DNA from: Camelus ferus
Lineage: Eukaryota
Length of the DNA: 64,000 nt
Direction: 5' to 3'
Assembly (NCBI RefSeq): GCF_009834535.1
Contig: NC_045697.1
Coordinates: forward strand, 112,532,001-112,596,000
Within the stretch, counting starts at the first letter, position 1. Every line of letters starts with the position of its first letter. The translations under genes were made by a program, and so were the position numbers. Below the pieces are notes generated by a model, which saw only the letters and a program-made list of their open reading frames with translations, made no database searches and was not told the origin of the DNA. Shown here piece by piece: positions 1-13,928 of this stretch.

Positions 1-715
1 TGGATGAATATTGGCTTTCAGTGGATATGTCTCAAAGAAATTGATTAGATTTTAGACATTTTAAGGGGAAACGATTGCCTTTTGTCAGCTAAGGGTTTGC
101 CTACACATAAGAGAAAAAACCACTATGACTTCAAGATAGAGGTTTATATTTCTCTCTTACTTAAAGGAAGATGGATGTAGGCATCCAGAGAGATGCGACA
201 TTTCTGTTAAAGATCCAGGCTTCCGTCTTTTCACTTTACTACCGTAACCCATTGTTCTGTTCACACAGCTCTCTCCTGAGCCAACATGGTATGTCTGAGT
301 TTCAGCCTCTAAAAATGAGGAAGACAAACGGACAGAAAAATTTCCTTTAACTATAAGGCAACTTTTGTGGAAGTCTTGCCAAACAAACATATGTGTATAT
401 TTCATCAGCCAGAACTTAGTAATGTGACCATATATCAGCTATAAGGGAGACCGGAAAATCTAATCTGAATTATATGAAATACTATGTCTAGAAAAAGAGT
501 TATGTATCTGTTTATTACTAAGAATGATACAAGGAAATGGAAGTTCTGTTAAGCAGCTAGCAGTTTCTACCACTTTGATTCAGGACAATTTACTGGGTAC
601 AAGTCTTATTAGCTTGATGGAATTAGTGGATTTTCTTGCGATGTGAATGAGATAATACTTTTTATTCAAGGCACTGCAGTCTTTATTATAATTATCTCAA
701 AGAAAAAGGCCTCAT

Positions 716-1197
716 CAGGGCCAGCTACATAATTTGTGGGGCCCCTTGTTCAAAGAGCAGGGGGAAAAAGCTTTTTGTTGTCTTCTGCAGTCCTTCTCTT
801 TAAGTGCCATCATGTTTTTATTTGCTATTTAATGTCGTACTCCTTCAGGCAAAAAGATGCTCTGGGGATGAGTACCAACATTCACAGGTGCAGGGTCCCC
901 ACTCTGCACCTCCATGCAACGCCGCCAGAGCCACACTCAGGCCCCTGATGGACACTTGCTGCGTCAGTGTGGGACACAAGGAGCTGGACCACGTGTAAGC
1001 CAAGGCCCCAGGACCCTGCTACTTGCTCCATGGTCCCATTGTCCTTTGCTAACAAAACACAGATTCAAAGATAAAAAGTATTAAGAATTTCAAGATGGTA
1101 ATCACAGAGTATTAATCCTGTGATGTCAGCGTGGGGTCTGCCCTGAGCATCGAGCCCTGCACGCCTGCACGGTTAGCAATCCCTCAAAGCCGGCGGG
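716..1197 (-). mobile_element. MER45-family hAT-Tip100 DNA transposon
   Basis: Ends cagggccagctacataatttgtggggcccc... and ...ttaagaatttcaagatgg...aagccggc match the reverse complement of recalled MER45 termini. Confidence 0.7.
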
Positions 1198-1729
1198 GGC
1201 TGTGAGTTCTTCTGCAGCTATCGATTACTCTCCACATACAGGTTGGAAATAGATAACGCCGTGAACATTTTAGGAAGAATTTTCAAGAGGCAGACCCTGA
1301 CGTGAGTTCCTGTGAAAGTGATTCATCAGGAAGTACTCCCAGAGAAGTCAGCACCCACCAGGGGGACTGGGGCAGCCTGGAGGGAGCCCTTCAAGGAAGA
1401 GGTGGAGGTGCTGGTTGCGGGAGAGAAAGTGCGCGGGGCCAGAGCCCTGGTGCAGCAGAGGATGCTGACAGCGACTGGAGGTACAGCCCGGCCACCAACG
1501 GCATGTCCTGCAGTAACGATCCCAAACTGAGTGGCTGCTTGGCAGGCGACAGTCGGACTTTTTTTTTCCCCTGCTGCTGCAGGTATTTATGGACAATTGG
1601 ACACCTTCGGAATTCTTTGAAGATCACTTCTGGAGGGTGGACGTCTGCAACTTTCCTGGGTGACAGAGATGAGCAGCATCAATAATGCAGATGTGACTTA
1701 ATGAAGAACACATTTACGGGAACACAAAA

Positions 1730-2080
1730 ACCTACCATTCAACTCTAACATTCAAAGGTCTCCAGGAAACCAGGTTTTCTTTTTTCTTTTCTTTTCTTAT
1801 CTTTTTTTTTTTTTTTTTTTTTTTTTTTGTTACAAGCCACATCTGGCCCAGTGGATGATGGGGGATATAAAATAAAGAGGATGGCACTTCAATTTAAAAA
1901 AAAAAAAAGGAAGGAAGCTATTGAATATCACTGGAGTCATGTCAGAGGACCCAGGAGCTAATCTGACTAGGCTCCCATCAGTCAAAGATGGGGCAATTTG
2001 AGCATCAAAAACAATAAATTAGTGAATTGAAACAGACCAAAATAAATAAATAAATAAATGAATAAATAAAGAAGATGGAG
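1730..2080 (+). mobile_element. Old L1 (L1MD/L1MC-like) 3' UTR fragment with internal T tract
   Basis: catgtcagaggacccaggagc...caaagatggggcaatttgagc...aataaataaat resembles the L1MD 3' UTR. Confidence 0.5.
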
Positions 2081-3204
2081 AGTGTGGCATGCCTATGTAT
2101 GTGTGGGTTTTTCTACAGAGTCTCTGTAAATTTAATCCAGAGGACCATTACTCTGAGGCTGTATTCTTTCCCCTAATCCATGCTCCTTACCTAACATGTG
2201 TTAAATCAAAAAGAAAAACGTTTAAGTTGACAGAAATTCAATATAAATCCACATTTATCGATTGCTATTCTCCTTTTCATTTTACTTATTTGTTCTTCTG
2301 ATAAATGTTTATGTAGCACCTGGTGCCTGGGCTCAGTGAGGTGTCCGTGACCAGCCAGTCCAAGGGCTTCCTCTCCCTACTGTCTCGTCACATCATTGAG
2401 GGTTTTCCCCTCCACTGTGGTTTTCACTACCCCACTGTACCTCTTCCATTTGCTCACTTATTTTTTTTCACCACCCCTCCCCACTCACATAAGCCACAAC
2501 AGATTGAACAGAGGATGGAATGAGACAATATCCAAAGTCACTTGTAACTTTCATATTACATGATGTTGTAAGGAGTAATTTTCTAACAATTAGAGCTGTC
2601 GCCAAATCAAGGTGGCCTTCTTCATGGTGCAGTGAGGTTTTTTTTTTCTTTTTTTTTAGTTTTTTTTTTTTTTTCATTTTTTTCTAATCACCACTTTTTT
2701 AGCGATAACCTGCATATTGGCTTCAGATGCTGAGGAGATGATTTCGGCATTAGAGGAGGAAGTTGAATGAGATCTCCTTAAAATCACTTTCAACTTGGAG
2801 AGTAGAAGTCCCTCAAAAAATAATAAAGGAAGAGGAAGAAATATAAAATAGAGAACAACGGTGAGGTATTTAAAACTGTTTCTCTATGGGCTGAAACAGG
2901 GCTATTTCAGAAGGTTAATGGAAAGGAAGTGTGTGAAGAACACAGTAAAACACTGCTTTAAATGCTTTCCGAGGGGTAGGCACAGTTAGGAAAAATACCT
3001 TTTTTAGAGGAAAAGTGGCCTGGGCATAAAAACCCTGAGATTTAAGTATTTCTAAATGTCAAACAAAAGTTTACTATTGATGAACTGGAGAACCAGGAGA
3101 TAGATTATGCTTGAATCTCTGCAATCGCATGCAGATGTGGCCCTGCCAAATGTCACTGTCACCATCACGAACTGTGCTAAAGCTTTTACTGTATTCAACA
3201 TGGT

Positions 3205-3362
3205 GGGGGAGGGTGCAGCTCAGTGGTAGGGTGCCTGCTTAGCATGCATGAGGTCCTGGCTTCAATCCGCAGTCCCTCCATTAAAACAAATCAGTAAATA
3301 AATAAACCTAGTTATCTCCCCCCAAAACAAAAACAAAAAAAATAAATAAAAATATTTTTTAA
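3205..3362 (+). mobile_element. Camelid tRNA-derived SINE (Vic-1-like)
   Basis: ggggagggtgcagctcagtggtagg...gaggtcctggcttcaatcc has A/B-box-like tRNA head motifs, followed by an A-rich tail; aacat flanks both ends. Confidence 0.85.
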
Positions 3363-3964
3363 AAACATAGCATCATTGAGCAAAATTTATCATTAGACTC
3401 CTAATTTTCACTTCTCAAATCTTACGTCTGGGAATGACCCATATGAAATAGTATTATGTGTCAAACATGCTCAACTGTCAAGAATTTCACATGGTTTAAT
3501 CTAAACCCATGAGACAGTCATTGATAACTTTGAAAGAAACATCAAAGGACGCCCTACCTTTCTCATGCATTCAAATAGACTTTCTTCAGACAGAATTTAG
3601 AAAGGTTTTCTACCAGGCCCCGTGTGTTGCAAATCACAGATGCTTTCCTAAATCAATATGATTCTTCCCCCAATAATTTACTAAATATTTGGAAGAATTT
3701 AATGATCCTATTATTTTTTGACTATCAAAGCAGATTTAATTACATTCTCTTTTAGAAGAACTCTTAAAGTGGAAAAGAGGAACAAACTGTATGAGACAAA
3801 AGGAGAGAGGCTATCTGGGTGTGAAAACCCTGACTGGGGCGGAGAGTCCTGCAGTGAGGATGCCTTTCATGATTCTACTCTAGGGGGATTTTAAATACCT
3901 CTATTCCAATTCTCCTAATTAGATTTTACTCCCTGTCAGTGACTATTATGATTTCCCATCCTGT

Positions 3965-4423
3965 TGTCAAGAACTGCCATGAAATTTACCCACTTGCAAG
4001 ATAGTAAGTTATCCTGCCAATAAGTCCACTGATGCCAGCGAAGACACAAGACCTCTGGGTCAGAGATGAAAGATTGGTGTTCCCAGCACAACAGGCAGAA
4101 TATGCTTCAGTTGCCTCAGTTTCCCTTTCTCTTTGTTTCCCAGGAGAGATGAGAAGCCACTCAGGTGGGTGCTGTGCACATAGTAGGTCTGTGTCTCAGC
4201 CAGGGAACCCCGAGCTTGGGAAACCTTTAACCTTATAAAGCGTTTCTAGCAAACCTATCCAATCTTTGCCTACGAGGAAGGCATTAGCTTTATTATCCTG
4301 ATTTGAGAGGGACGTGGTCTCTAACTTCCAAGACTGTTTTGAAAACATCCTTGAAGAGATAATACAAAACAAAAAAAGCTGTCATAGATGTGTAGAAACA
4401 GCTCAGAGAATTGTCTTATAACA
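3965..4423 (-). mobile_element. ERVL solo LTR, LTR40-like
   Basis: Termini tgtcaagaact... and ...gagaattgtcttataaca; reverse-complement similarity to the copy at 8438-8930. Confidence 0.7.
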
Positions 4424-4784
4424 TGGGTACCAGATTTTTTTTTTTGAAGTAAGATAGCAAGGACTTTAGTTACTATCGGTAGGTCAGTCATTATCAGTAG
4501 GTCAGTCATATACATATGTCTATATATATATATATATATATCGATGATGTTTTTAATATTTGAATTCTCACTGTTGCAATATTCACTTTCCATGGATGCA
4601 AATAAAAAGTCTTTTGCATTTTGAGAGGACAATGTGGGTAGACGTGTCTTCTAAATTATTCTAAAAGTGCTCCATTATTTGGAAAGAATCAGTGAATTCT
4701 CTATAAATCCTGTGTTATCTCTGGAGGCTGCTGTAGCCCTGATGCACTGCCTTCTTTGTTTCCCTTGAATGTCACTGAATAACA

Positions 4785-4990
4785 TGGCAGTTAAGTATCT
4801 GGGCTGTGGACTCAGACAGACCCAAGATAGATGCTGGCGCTGCTGCTGCTCTTCGCATGTTCTCGGGAGAGTTACCTCTCCTCTGTAAGTGATGGGCACC
4901 TCTTTAGTTAGGGAGACAAATATAACCTGTCTCATCCAGATGTGAGACTTAGTAAAGCGTCTGGCCCAAAGTTAACATGCAAAAGTTATT
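4785..4990 (+). mobile_element. MIR SINE
   Basis: Degenerate MIR head, core and tail (gggctgtggactcagacagacc...gtaaagcgtctggc). Confidence 0.55.
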
Positions 4991-7036
4991 CATTAGACTA
5001 AGAATATAAATTGAGGATATATAGAAAAGCACGAAGAAGAACATAGTTTTTTCCCCCACCAGGAAAAACCTGTTAACATTCTTGTTTATCTGGTACATGA
5101 AAACACACACACACACTCACGGAGCAAATCATATATACTGTGTTCTAAACTGCCTTACCTTCTTAAAAATGTGTCAGGTGCATTTCTCAAGTTGGCTAAG
5201 TATTTTATAAAAGATGTGCTTATCAGTGGCTGCACATTATTACATCATGATGATATAATATAACCCAACTAACAGACTAATATTTAATATGTTCAGTTCT
5301 TACCATCTATTAATTAGTGTTCAGTAAATATTGACAGTTAATAATTAGCAGATTTATTCATTAGATTATAAATTTTTGTGTAAGATAATTACATAGAGTT
5401 GGTTTTCCATGCTTTTTTCCCCCCTATAGGTAAGGATTGATTAGATAGGATGTAAAGGTATACAAAATCTTTTATGAAGGCAGCTAAAAGGTGATAAGAT
5501 ATAACATATTTAAGGCAAAAAAAAGTGGGAAAAAAACTTACCCTAACAATCAAGTCTAGAAGGGAATTTTTAATAGCTTTTTGTATCCATAGGACAAAAA
5601 TTCCAAGGAAATTGGAAGATTTTGAAAGGACTTTTCAGCATAATTAAGGCAAGATGCTAAGTTAGATAAGTTGACATCTGCAAATTTAAAAAATTTGAAA
5701 GCAAGACCCCTGAGGAAAGTACTTTCAGTGTCATGACTAGGAATGAGACCGAGAACTGAAGTGGAAAAGAAAGAACTTCGATGGTCCCTAAATGCGGTGT
5801 AATATCTATGTCAAGCAAAAATTAGGGTCCTAGTGAGGTTTTCAGAAGTACAAGTTAGTTGTGTACTTCGTTGTTTTCTGTAAGGACCTTAAAAAAGCTA
5901 GCACACACTGAGACAAGCAGCCCAACCAAGACAAAGGACGGGAAGCTGCGCAGCAGAGGGACGGTCAGATGCCCTTTGGCTTCCTCTCAGCTCTTGCGTG
6001 TTTCTGGAAGTGTCTGAAAAAGTAGCTGGAATGCAATATAAAAACTATGTTTTGGGTGGTCTGATTAAGGTTTTGCTGTTGTTGAAATTACACTCTCTCT
6101 AACATTATCACTTATTTGGTCTCATTAGTTTCAACTTTTTCTCTACATAGACTATTTTATATGTTAGATTCTTGAACTTTCATTTTGCGCAGTGCAATCA
6201 TGTGCTTCTGGGGTCAGCTGGGAATGATTAACAATATTCGACATCAAAATTTATAAGATAATGTGCTGAATTTGAAGGAAGTGCCTAATAGACTTAAACT
6301 GTAAATAAGAAATAAAAGCGTAGATGTGTTTACACTGACTTTTAAAAATTTCTATTTGTAAAACTGGAATTGAGTAGTCATAAATGTTTCAGGTGACTGG
6401 GCATCTGACACAAGATCAGGGGCCATTTTTCTTACAACTTAATTTTTACTAACATTATCTTATATTCCATTTCTATTGATATTTTTGTATTGTTTTATCT
6501 TTTGATTTTGCTTTTTTTCAGTAGAAAGAACCAACATATATTAACTACCATGACCTTTTGAGAGAATTTTGAATGTGATAGGCACTGTGTTGAGAAAGAA
6601 GACAGTTATTAGGTGGTGAAATAATATCTTTTCCCACTAGGAGCTACAAATCTCAACTGGGAAATGAGATGAATAAATGAAAAAAAAATAAGTAATTACA
6701 GTACAGTACAATAAATATCTGCTTACAGATGGATTTGCATAATATGAACGTTGACATTCATCAGATTAGAAATTTCTTTAGGCCCAGCTGCCCAAAGATA
6801 AAAATCATTGCACTCAGGACTAGGCTACGTCTTGAAGGATGGATATGACCTTATTCTTCAGAAGCAGCCTACAGAGGTCTTTGGAAGAGTTAAGAACAAA
6901 ATAATAGTGGTGAAAGAACTTTTTTGTTCAGAAAACAAAAGTGAAGAACAGACTAGAATTAGAAGACTCCATGGTCAAATATGGAGGGTATTGGTAAAAC
7001 TTGCAAGATAAGTTGGATATGTTAACAGAATGTGAC

Positions 7037-7335
7037 TGTATTTGTTTTCCAGCTACCATAACAATTCACCACAAATTGAGTGGTTTAAAACAACACTCGC
7101 TCATTATCTAATAGTTGGGTAGGTAGGTAGGTGGGAAGTCCATGTGGACTCAGCTGGGTCCTCTGATCCAGATCCCATAAGACTGGAATCAAGGTACCGG
7201 AGGCCTGGGCTCTATGCAAGGTCCTGGAAGAAAGTCTGCCTCCAGGCTCATTCATGGCAGAATAATCCTTTCTAAGTGGCGTGGGACTGTGGTCTGTTTC
7301 TCTGCTGCTGTCAGTTGAAGGTCATTCTCAGCTGT
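7037..7335 (-). mobile_element. MaLR LTR fragment (MLT1D-like)
   Basis: tgtatttgttttcc...ccacaaattgagtggtttaaaacaacac...tcaaggt is the typical MLT1 reverse-strand signature. Confidence 0.7.
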
Positions 7336-7464
7336 TATGGGCATAGTCTGGCCAGGGCTTCAGAGGTATGGATGTCACTGGGATTAGAAGAGTAATCAAA
7401 CGAGTGTTTTATAAAAATATATTTGGATATGCCTTTCAGTAAATTTCTGTATATTCTTCTTCAA

Positions 7465-7750
7465 ATATATGTATAATTAACAAGTAACATAAAATTATTA
7501 TATTATTTAATATAATAATTGTATATTAAAATTATAAATATATTATTTATGATGTAATTATATATTTAATATATAAATATATAAATTTATTATAAATATA
7601 ATTTATATATTATATAATTATTAATATATATTAACCTATTACATATCATTAATAATTTTATTATATAACATATAATGCATTATACTATAATATAATACAT
7701 TATATATAATTAATAATATAATTAAATATACTTCAAATATATTTTTAATA
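7465..7750. repeat. AT-rich low-complexity (TA)n-like tract
   Basis: Almost exclusively A/T with degenerate tata/taat units. Confidence 0.9.
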
Positions 7751-8437
7751 ACACTTATGGAAGCTTGTACTTCCTTGAGGAATATTCATTTATTTAACAT
7801 CACTAAGTCTGTGGCAGTGATTTTGTCCTGAGTTTTAAACTCTAATATAGCACATTTTAGTGTTTTTATAAAAATATTAATCTATATTCAATATGCACTT
7901 TCCTGTTCTCCACCAAGACATCCCTTGCTCTTTAAACACATCTGGAAGTACTTCCTCTTCCATAAAGCTTTTTTCTTGTGAGTTCTCATCAAATTATTGG
8001 CTGCTCCCCTTCCCCCTGTCCCAGTGGTCATATTTCTACAGGTCCTTCCCTAGTGCTCACCCTCACTGTGCAATTCAGTTTTCTTCTCATTGCTGGACAC
8101 ACAGTGATGTCTTGAAAATGATGTTCTTTGTGTTCACTCATGTACTATAGGTCCGATATATTTGTGTTTTTATTACTATTTCTTATCTTGAATTATAAAC
8201 TCATTACAGGACAAGGATGTGATTTCTGCCAATAAGCTGTAATTTCTAGTATAAAGCAATGACATATTAAGCATTTATTTTACTAAGAAAGATGAAAATT
8301 ATTATATTCCCATTGGTCATTTAAGACTATACCAATAATTAGTCTCTGATAATGCTACAAAATAGTGCTTATAATTGGACTCATTTTCATTGTTTCCATC
8401 AATTCATCAAAAGCTGGAAATGAGTATCTATTATGTG

Positions 8438-8930
8438 TGTTAGAGACAATTTTCCATGGGCCTTTGTGTTTCTGCACATCCTGTGAACAGAGGCGGTGAT
8501 AGCTTTTGTTCTGGATGAGCTTTTCAAGAAAATTTGTGGAGCAAACAGCCTTAGAAAACCGAGGTCATGTTTCTTCTGGGGAGGAAGGAGGGTTTGCTGG
8601 CTGCCTGGTATAATAAAGGTAGCGTGTCCGTCTGGGGCACAGGCACAGTATAGAACATTGGGATTAAGCCTGACATCCCTTTCCTGTAATGCAAACCTCT
8701 GGACATGCAGATGTAGCCTCTCCTGTTGCATCAGCCTGTGAGAAGTGGGGTGCAGGGAACTGGGGCAAGAAAATGGTCATACTTTGGCTGGTGCCATTGC
8801 TCTGAGTAATTAACTGTCTTTTGCCTGTGGCTCAGGAACCCTGTGTTTCCTTCCAGCATCCACGAAACTGAGGCAGGCTGGCTTGTTAGCTTGTGAATAT
8901 TGTAAAACCAGACCTTCCTTATTCTTGACA
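8438..8930 (+). mobile_element. ERVL solo LTR, LTR40-like, full length
   Basis: Begins TGTTAGAGACAATT and ends TTCTTGACA, matching the recalled LTR40 consensus along its length. Confidence 0.8.
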
Positions 8931-9796
8931 TTATTTTTCCGGTCCTTTGCTGCGTGTATAAAGTAAAGTAAACTCTACCCTTGCCCTCATGCAGTTGCTA
9001 ATCTGTCTTGGGCTGCTTTTATTTGAGACAAGAACGGCAGGGAAGAAAATCAGGAGGAGGAAGTATATTACAGAACCAGGGTTTTTTTTTGGGGGGGGGT
9101 TGTTTTAAAAAAAAAAACTAAGGCACAACACTTTCATCAATGTCATACCATTATTTCTGCATTAAAAAACACTAAACTTGAACAACATAAACCTAAAATT
9201 TGCTAAGAGAATATTAATTTTAAATGAATCAAAGTTGTATTCATTAAGAAAAATCCTTTAGAGGGTCCTTTTTTTGTTTTTTGTTTGTTTGTTTAGTTGT
9301 TAGATTCTTTTTGAGATTTTTAGGATGCTCTGACTTTCGTTTTCAGTTATCCTATGGTAATATTGGCTCTTTTTTCTTTTGATGTACACGTCTGTGACTT
9401 TAAATATGTGTAACCAGAGCCACCTCAGTTCCATGAGTCCCAGAGCTCTCAGAGGGCCCTTATTTTAACTTCCATTTTTCTGAATTGCTGGAAAAGTTAC
9501 CTTTTCTTACATTTGCTGAGCATTAGAACCTCAGTTCCATCCAATATCCACTTTTAGACAGCCTGGTGGGAGTTATTTTAGGATTAGGGGAGGGAAATAT
9601 GTTATAAATGAAAAAGGATGATGTAGGGGGATTTGAGGAGAAGGAGGGCCAGTAGCAAGGTTCTCAGAGCTGACTCCAGTCATCAGCCATCTGGTCCCTC
9701 AGAGGATAGCCTCTCCTCCCCTAGAACAATTTAATGTGCTATGGGAAGTACAAAAAGGAGCAAGTGAAGGGTTATAAGCCTGTCGTGAGTCTTCAG

Positions 9797-9938
9797 ACCA
9801 ATGGTTCTCAAAATTTAGCCTACATCAGAGTCACCCAGGAGGCTGGTGAAAGCACAGATTGCTCCAGCGTTTCTGGTTCGGTGTATCAGGACTAGAGCCA
9901 GCTGCCCGCACTGGGCCCACACTGTCAGAACCACGGCT
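9797..9938. mobile_element. MER5A-like hAT-Charlie element
   Basis: caatggttctcaaa...catcagagtcacc...agaaccacgg terminal inverted repeats. Confidence 0.7.
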
Positions 9939-11218
9939 CTGGGCTGTTGGTTAGGATGGAAGGGAAAGCACATTTAAATCTTCTAATCTCGAATACAGTG
10001 CTCTTTGTTAAAAGAATTTGGCTCTGTGATGAATGCCTTCACCCACTCAGCAAGTCCTTGCGAAGGACACATCGACCAAGGAATTGCTGTGGCAGTCGCT
10101 GTAGCAGGTAACTTGAGGAGGTAGGCGGGCATTCCATCCACGGGTGGTTTCCAGGCTAAAGGAAGAGATAAGGCTTGTTGAAGACAACAATTTCCCCTAG
10201 AAAGGCTCAGTGCCACTGTGGGAAGTGTAGCTATACACCGTACCGTGTGGGGGGAGCAGGAAGCCGTCTGACACAGGTCTACAGGGTGTGGAGGTTCTGG
10301 TGACTAGGACAGGCTCAGGGCTCCCTCCAAGGCTAACTTCTCTTCTTGCCGCATGAAATATGTTTAATTTGCACATTTAGGTGCTGCCACGGAATTCTCT
10401 GTCTACGTGACAAGTACCTAGATAGATTTGCCACACACCGAGAGCTGCAGCTTGTTGGCCTCATCTTCATACTAGAATATGTAGTAATAGGTTTATTGTA
10501 TTATGATCCTATTAGCATTGTCATTATACTTACCTATGAGATTTTAAGTGAAATTTAGTATTTGAGAGCTAATAAAATTGCTTACTTTCCAGAAAGGTAG
10601 TAGTGAATATATATTTGATAAAATACGTATGCAATGGTACCGATGGAGTCTTTCAGCATAACTCATCAGGTTGATATTTAACAATTTGGAGTTCCCTATT
10701 ATTTCCTATTATATTATAGGAATAATTAGAAAATGGTCAGTGTTACTTTCTGTATTCAGTTTCTACACTGGAAGCTCTCCCAGTACAAAATAAAGCCACT
10801 CCTTTAAATACAAGAGAGAAGTAAGTAGCAACAAACATGTTTGCTGGTGTTAAACAAACTCATTTTGAGCATTAAAGAGGAAACAAAACAACATTGCCAT
10901 GTGTATATTTAGTGCAAAATCCAAACCCATATTGATGTTGAAAATATATTTAACATTCGCATCTTCTAAAAACTGCTTATCAACCATCAACACACATTCA
11001 TCCCAATTCAGAAGACTAATTAAAAAAATTCAAACGTATGTATATAAAAGTTCATGTATATGTAAAAGTTCTTGAGGTGGGCTTTATTTTACCCAGGATG
11101 AATATGCATATTCCCAGTCTGTTTTCCTCGGTTTTTCTGAAGTGTTAAATGTCATAAAGTACAACTCAGGTTTATAGTACTCAACAGGGGAAAATTCCAG
11201 CTATTCAAATACTTCACA

Positions 11219-11542
11219 GTAAAACACAAATGAACTTACTTACGAAACAGAAATAGTCTAACAGACTTGGAAAAGAAACTTACAGCTACCAGTGGGGAAA
11301 GGGGGTGGGAAGGGATAAATGGGAGTGTGAGATTTGCAGATACTAACTACTATATATAAAATAGATAAACAACAAGTTTCTTCTGTATAGTACAGTGAAC
11401 TATGTTCAATATCTTGTAGTGATTTATAATGAAAAAGAACATGAAAAGGAATATATATATATGTATATGTGTGACTGAAACATTATACTGTACACCAGAA
11501 ACTGACACAACATTGTAAACTGACTATACTTCCGTTAAAAAA
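11219..11542 (+). mobile_element. 5'-truncated camelid-type L1 3' end
   Basis: L1 3' UTR with G-rich tract and poly(A); perfect TSD aaatacttcaca at 11207-11218 and 11543-11554. Confidence 0.9.
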
Positions 11543-12911
11543 AAATACTTCACATTAAGACGACTTCCATTTTCTTAAACCAGATGTCAAGAATTCCCAA
11601 ACTGCTCATTTAATATTCCCTAAACCGCTACTGTCATGTGGCATTGTACCACCATAGAAAACTAACATGTCTATGCTTTGATTTATTTGTCTGTTTATGG
11701 TGTGAGCACGTGGAAAGAAATAATGTCCTAAGCAGAAGATTCACTTAACGTAGCAATAGTAGATGAACGTTCATACTTCTCATCACAGTTCTTTCTGTGA
11801 ATGCAACTTCCAGTGAGTATGTGTCTTAGACCATATGAACTGGGAAAGGTGATGGATATCTTTTCAGCTGTGGTGATATGAGCCGTGTGTCTTTGGTGGT
11901 AAAAGCACATAGAAAGGACTTCTTGTATTAAGAACATCTCCTACCGTTCACTTAATTTTGTAGCCTAGATTTTTACAGTTACATGGCAAATGCAATTTCA
12001 ACCCCATTTCCTTCTGTGTGACTTTATTGGCATGTCAAAACCAATATGAGTTGCTACTCTGAGGCCGGAAGCTCCACAGAGAATCCAGTATTATACCAGC
12101 CTTTGGCTCCTGGTTTGCAAAGCATCTTAAAAAGCTGAATTAGCAAACATCACTGTATGCTGAATTTAAAAAGTTAGACAAATATGCAGAGCTTTTTCCA
12201 TTTCTCCAAATAAATGACTAGATGTGAATAGCTTATTTTACTCTCTAATCTAGTACACACATATGTGTGTATGCATCTGGTCAAATTCCATATGTTAGAA
12301 GTTCGTATTGACTATAAACTTGAAGATATGTATTGAATTAGTGAGTTTTCCTTCATCTTACTTCAGCTTAATGGTCTCCTGTAATCATATTTTGTTGTTG
12401 TTTTATTTTATATTAGTTTATTCATAGCCAATTATATAAATAATTGATTAACTCATGAAATCACACAGTGGGAGATAATAAATTTGGTAATATAAGTAAA
12501 GCTTAATAACCTTAACTCATAACAAATCATTTTTAACATCAAAAATGCCTTGGAATTAATAATGTACCACTTATAAATCAGCAAATAGTCATCTAGAATC
12601 TAGACACAGGATAAAGTTACTGGATGAAGTTGAGACCAAGTGTAAGAAATATGGAGAGATGGGCGTTTGCCAAAGACAGTGATTCCACCCTCCAGTTTTC
12701 TAAGGTGGAGGCTTTACTTTGTTGGCCTCTCCTCCTCCTGATGTCAAGGTGTGGGTATAGAAACTATTAGATCAGCATGAGAGTCTAAATAGAAAAAAGG
12801 ACCACGTTTTTTTATGATGAGTTCTCGTTATACAACACATGTACAGATTGTAATAAGATGGCCATCAAGCTGGATTTTTTTAAATTCACTATGTTAGTAG
12901 AAAACTTGATG

Positions 12912-13431
12912 TGTAAGGCCAACAAATCAGGAGATAATTTCCATTAAAAACATACTTTACTACTCACAGTTCCCAAGAGCAGGGAAGCTCTCCACACCAC
13001 ATGGGCCACATGGGGAAGCACCAGGGCTGGACAGCAGCCTTTACTGTGGTTTCTGCAGGAAGGAACTGGTGAGATAGTGGAGGCAGGCTTAGGACTGGCT
13101 ACTCTGAACGATGTCACCAGGGTCTGGAGCATGGAGGCTCTCCCTGGTTGTCTGGTGCCTGGCCCTGGGGTGATTAAGCCCAGAGGGCAAGAGCCCAATA
13201 AAGGAGGCGGTGGGGATTATGGACTCTGGGTTGGTTGGTTCTGATGCAAAATGTGCTTGCAGGAGGAGGCTCCTCTTGGAAAGGGGAGATGAGTGTTGGG
13301 AGAGGGGCAGGAGGTCAAGGTAAGGTGTCTCAGACATCCTATTGGTTCCCTGCGACAAGGTGTGTCCAGATATGCAAGAAGGGCAGATGTTAAAACACCT
13401 AGTTTACAGAAGTTAGAAACAAAGTTATGCA
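12912..13431 (-). mobile_element. ERVL LTR, MER74-like
   Basis: tgtaaggccaac...actcacagttcccaagag...ggttgtctggtgcctggccctggggtgatta matches the recalled MER74 reverse consensus. Confidence 0.7.
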
Positions 13432-13449
13432 GTAGATGAACTGAAAAGA

Positions 13450-13928
13450 TATATCTCTAGCTGGCTATCCCGGTTGGCTCTCCAGACCCACTCTGCCTTT
13501 CTCTGCCCTGCTCTGGGACCTGAGAGGTCAACCTTGGTGTGTTACATCACTCCAGCTCTCTTCCCCTCTGCTTGCAGGTGGACTCAGCAATGAGATACAC
13601 TTGGCAGAGACTGGAGGGAGGGAAGAAGAAGGGGCCCGTGTATTTATATTGTTCCTGCTCCCTCCCTCCTGCCGTTGTTCTGCTTCTAGTTATAACCTCT
13701 ATCAGGCAGACCTTGTGCACCACTTCTGCTTTTACCAATCTCTGGTAGCATTCACTTTGTCCCTTTACTCTTAGGAGTTGTTATGAAAACTCACTCTTCC
13801 TACCCCTGGGGGGCTTCTCCATCTCTTGTAGATTTTCTGCATGCTGTACATACTTCTGTAAATAGTCCCATCAATAAACTATCTTCAGTTAAACTATTTT
13901 TTTTTCCTGCTGGGACCCTAATGCTACA
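13450..13928 (+). mobile_element. ERVL LTR, LTR33-like
   Basis: ctccagacccactctgcc...gtaaatagtccc...aataaac...ttcctgctgggaccctaatgctaca. Confidence 0.65.

Noticed and set aside
1280..1685. 127-aa ORF and overlapping ORFs
   Set aside because: GTG start, no homology; the region looks like a degraded old LTR that I could not classify.
3205..3280. tRNA gene
   Set aside because: It is the tRNA-derived head of a SINE with an A-rich tail and mutated stems.
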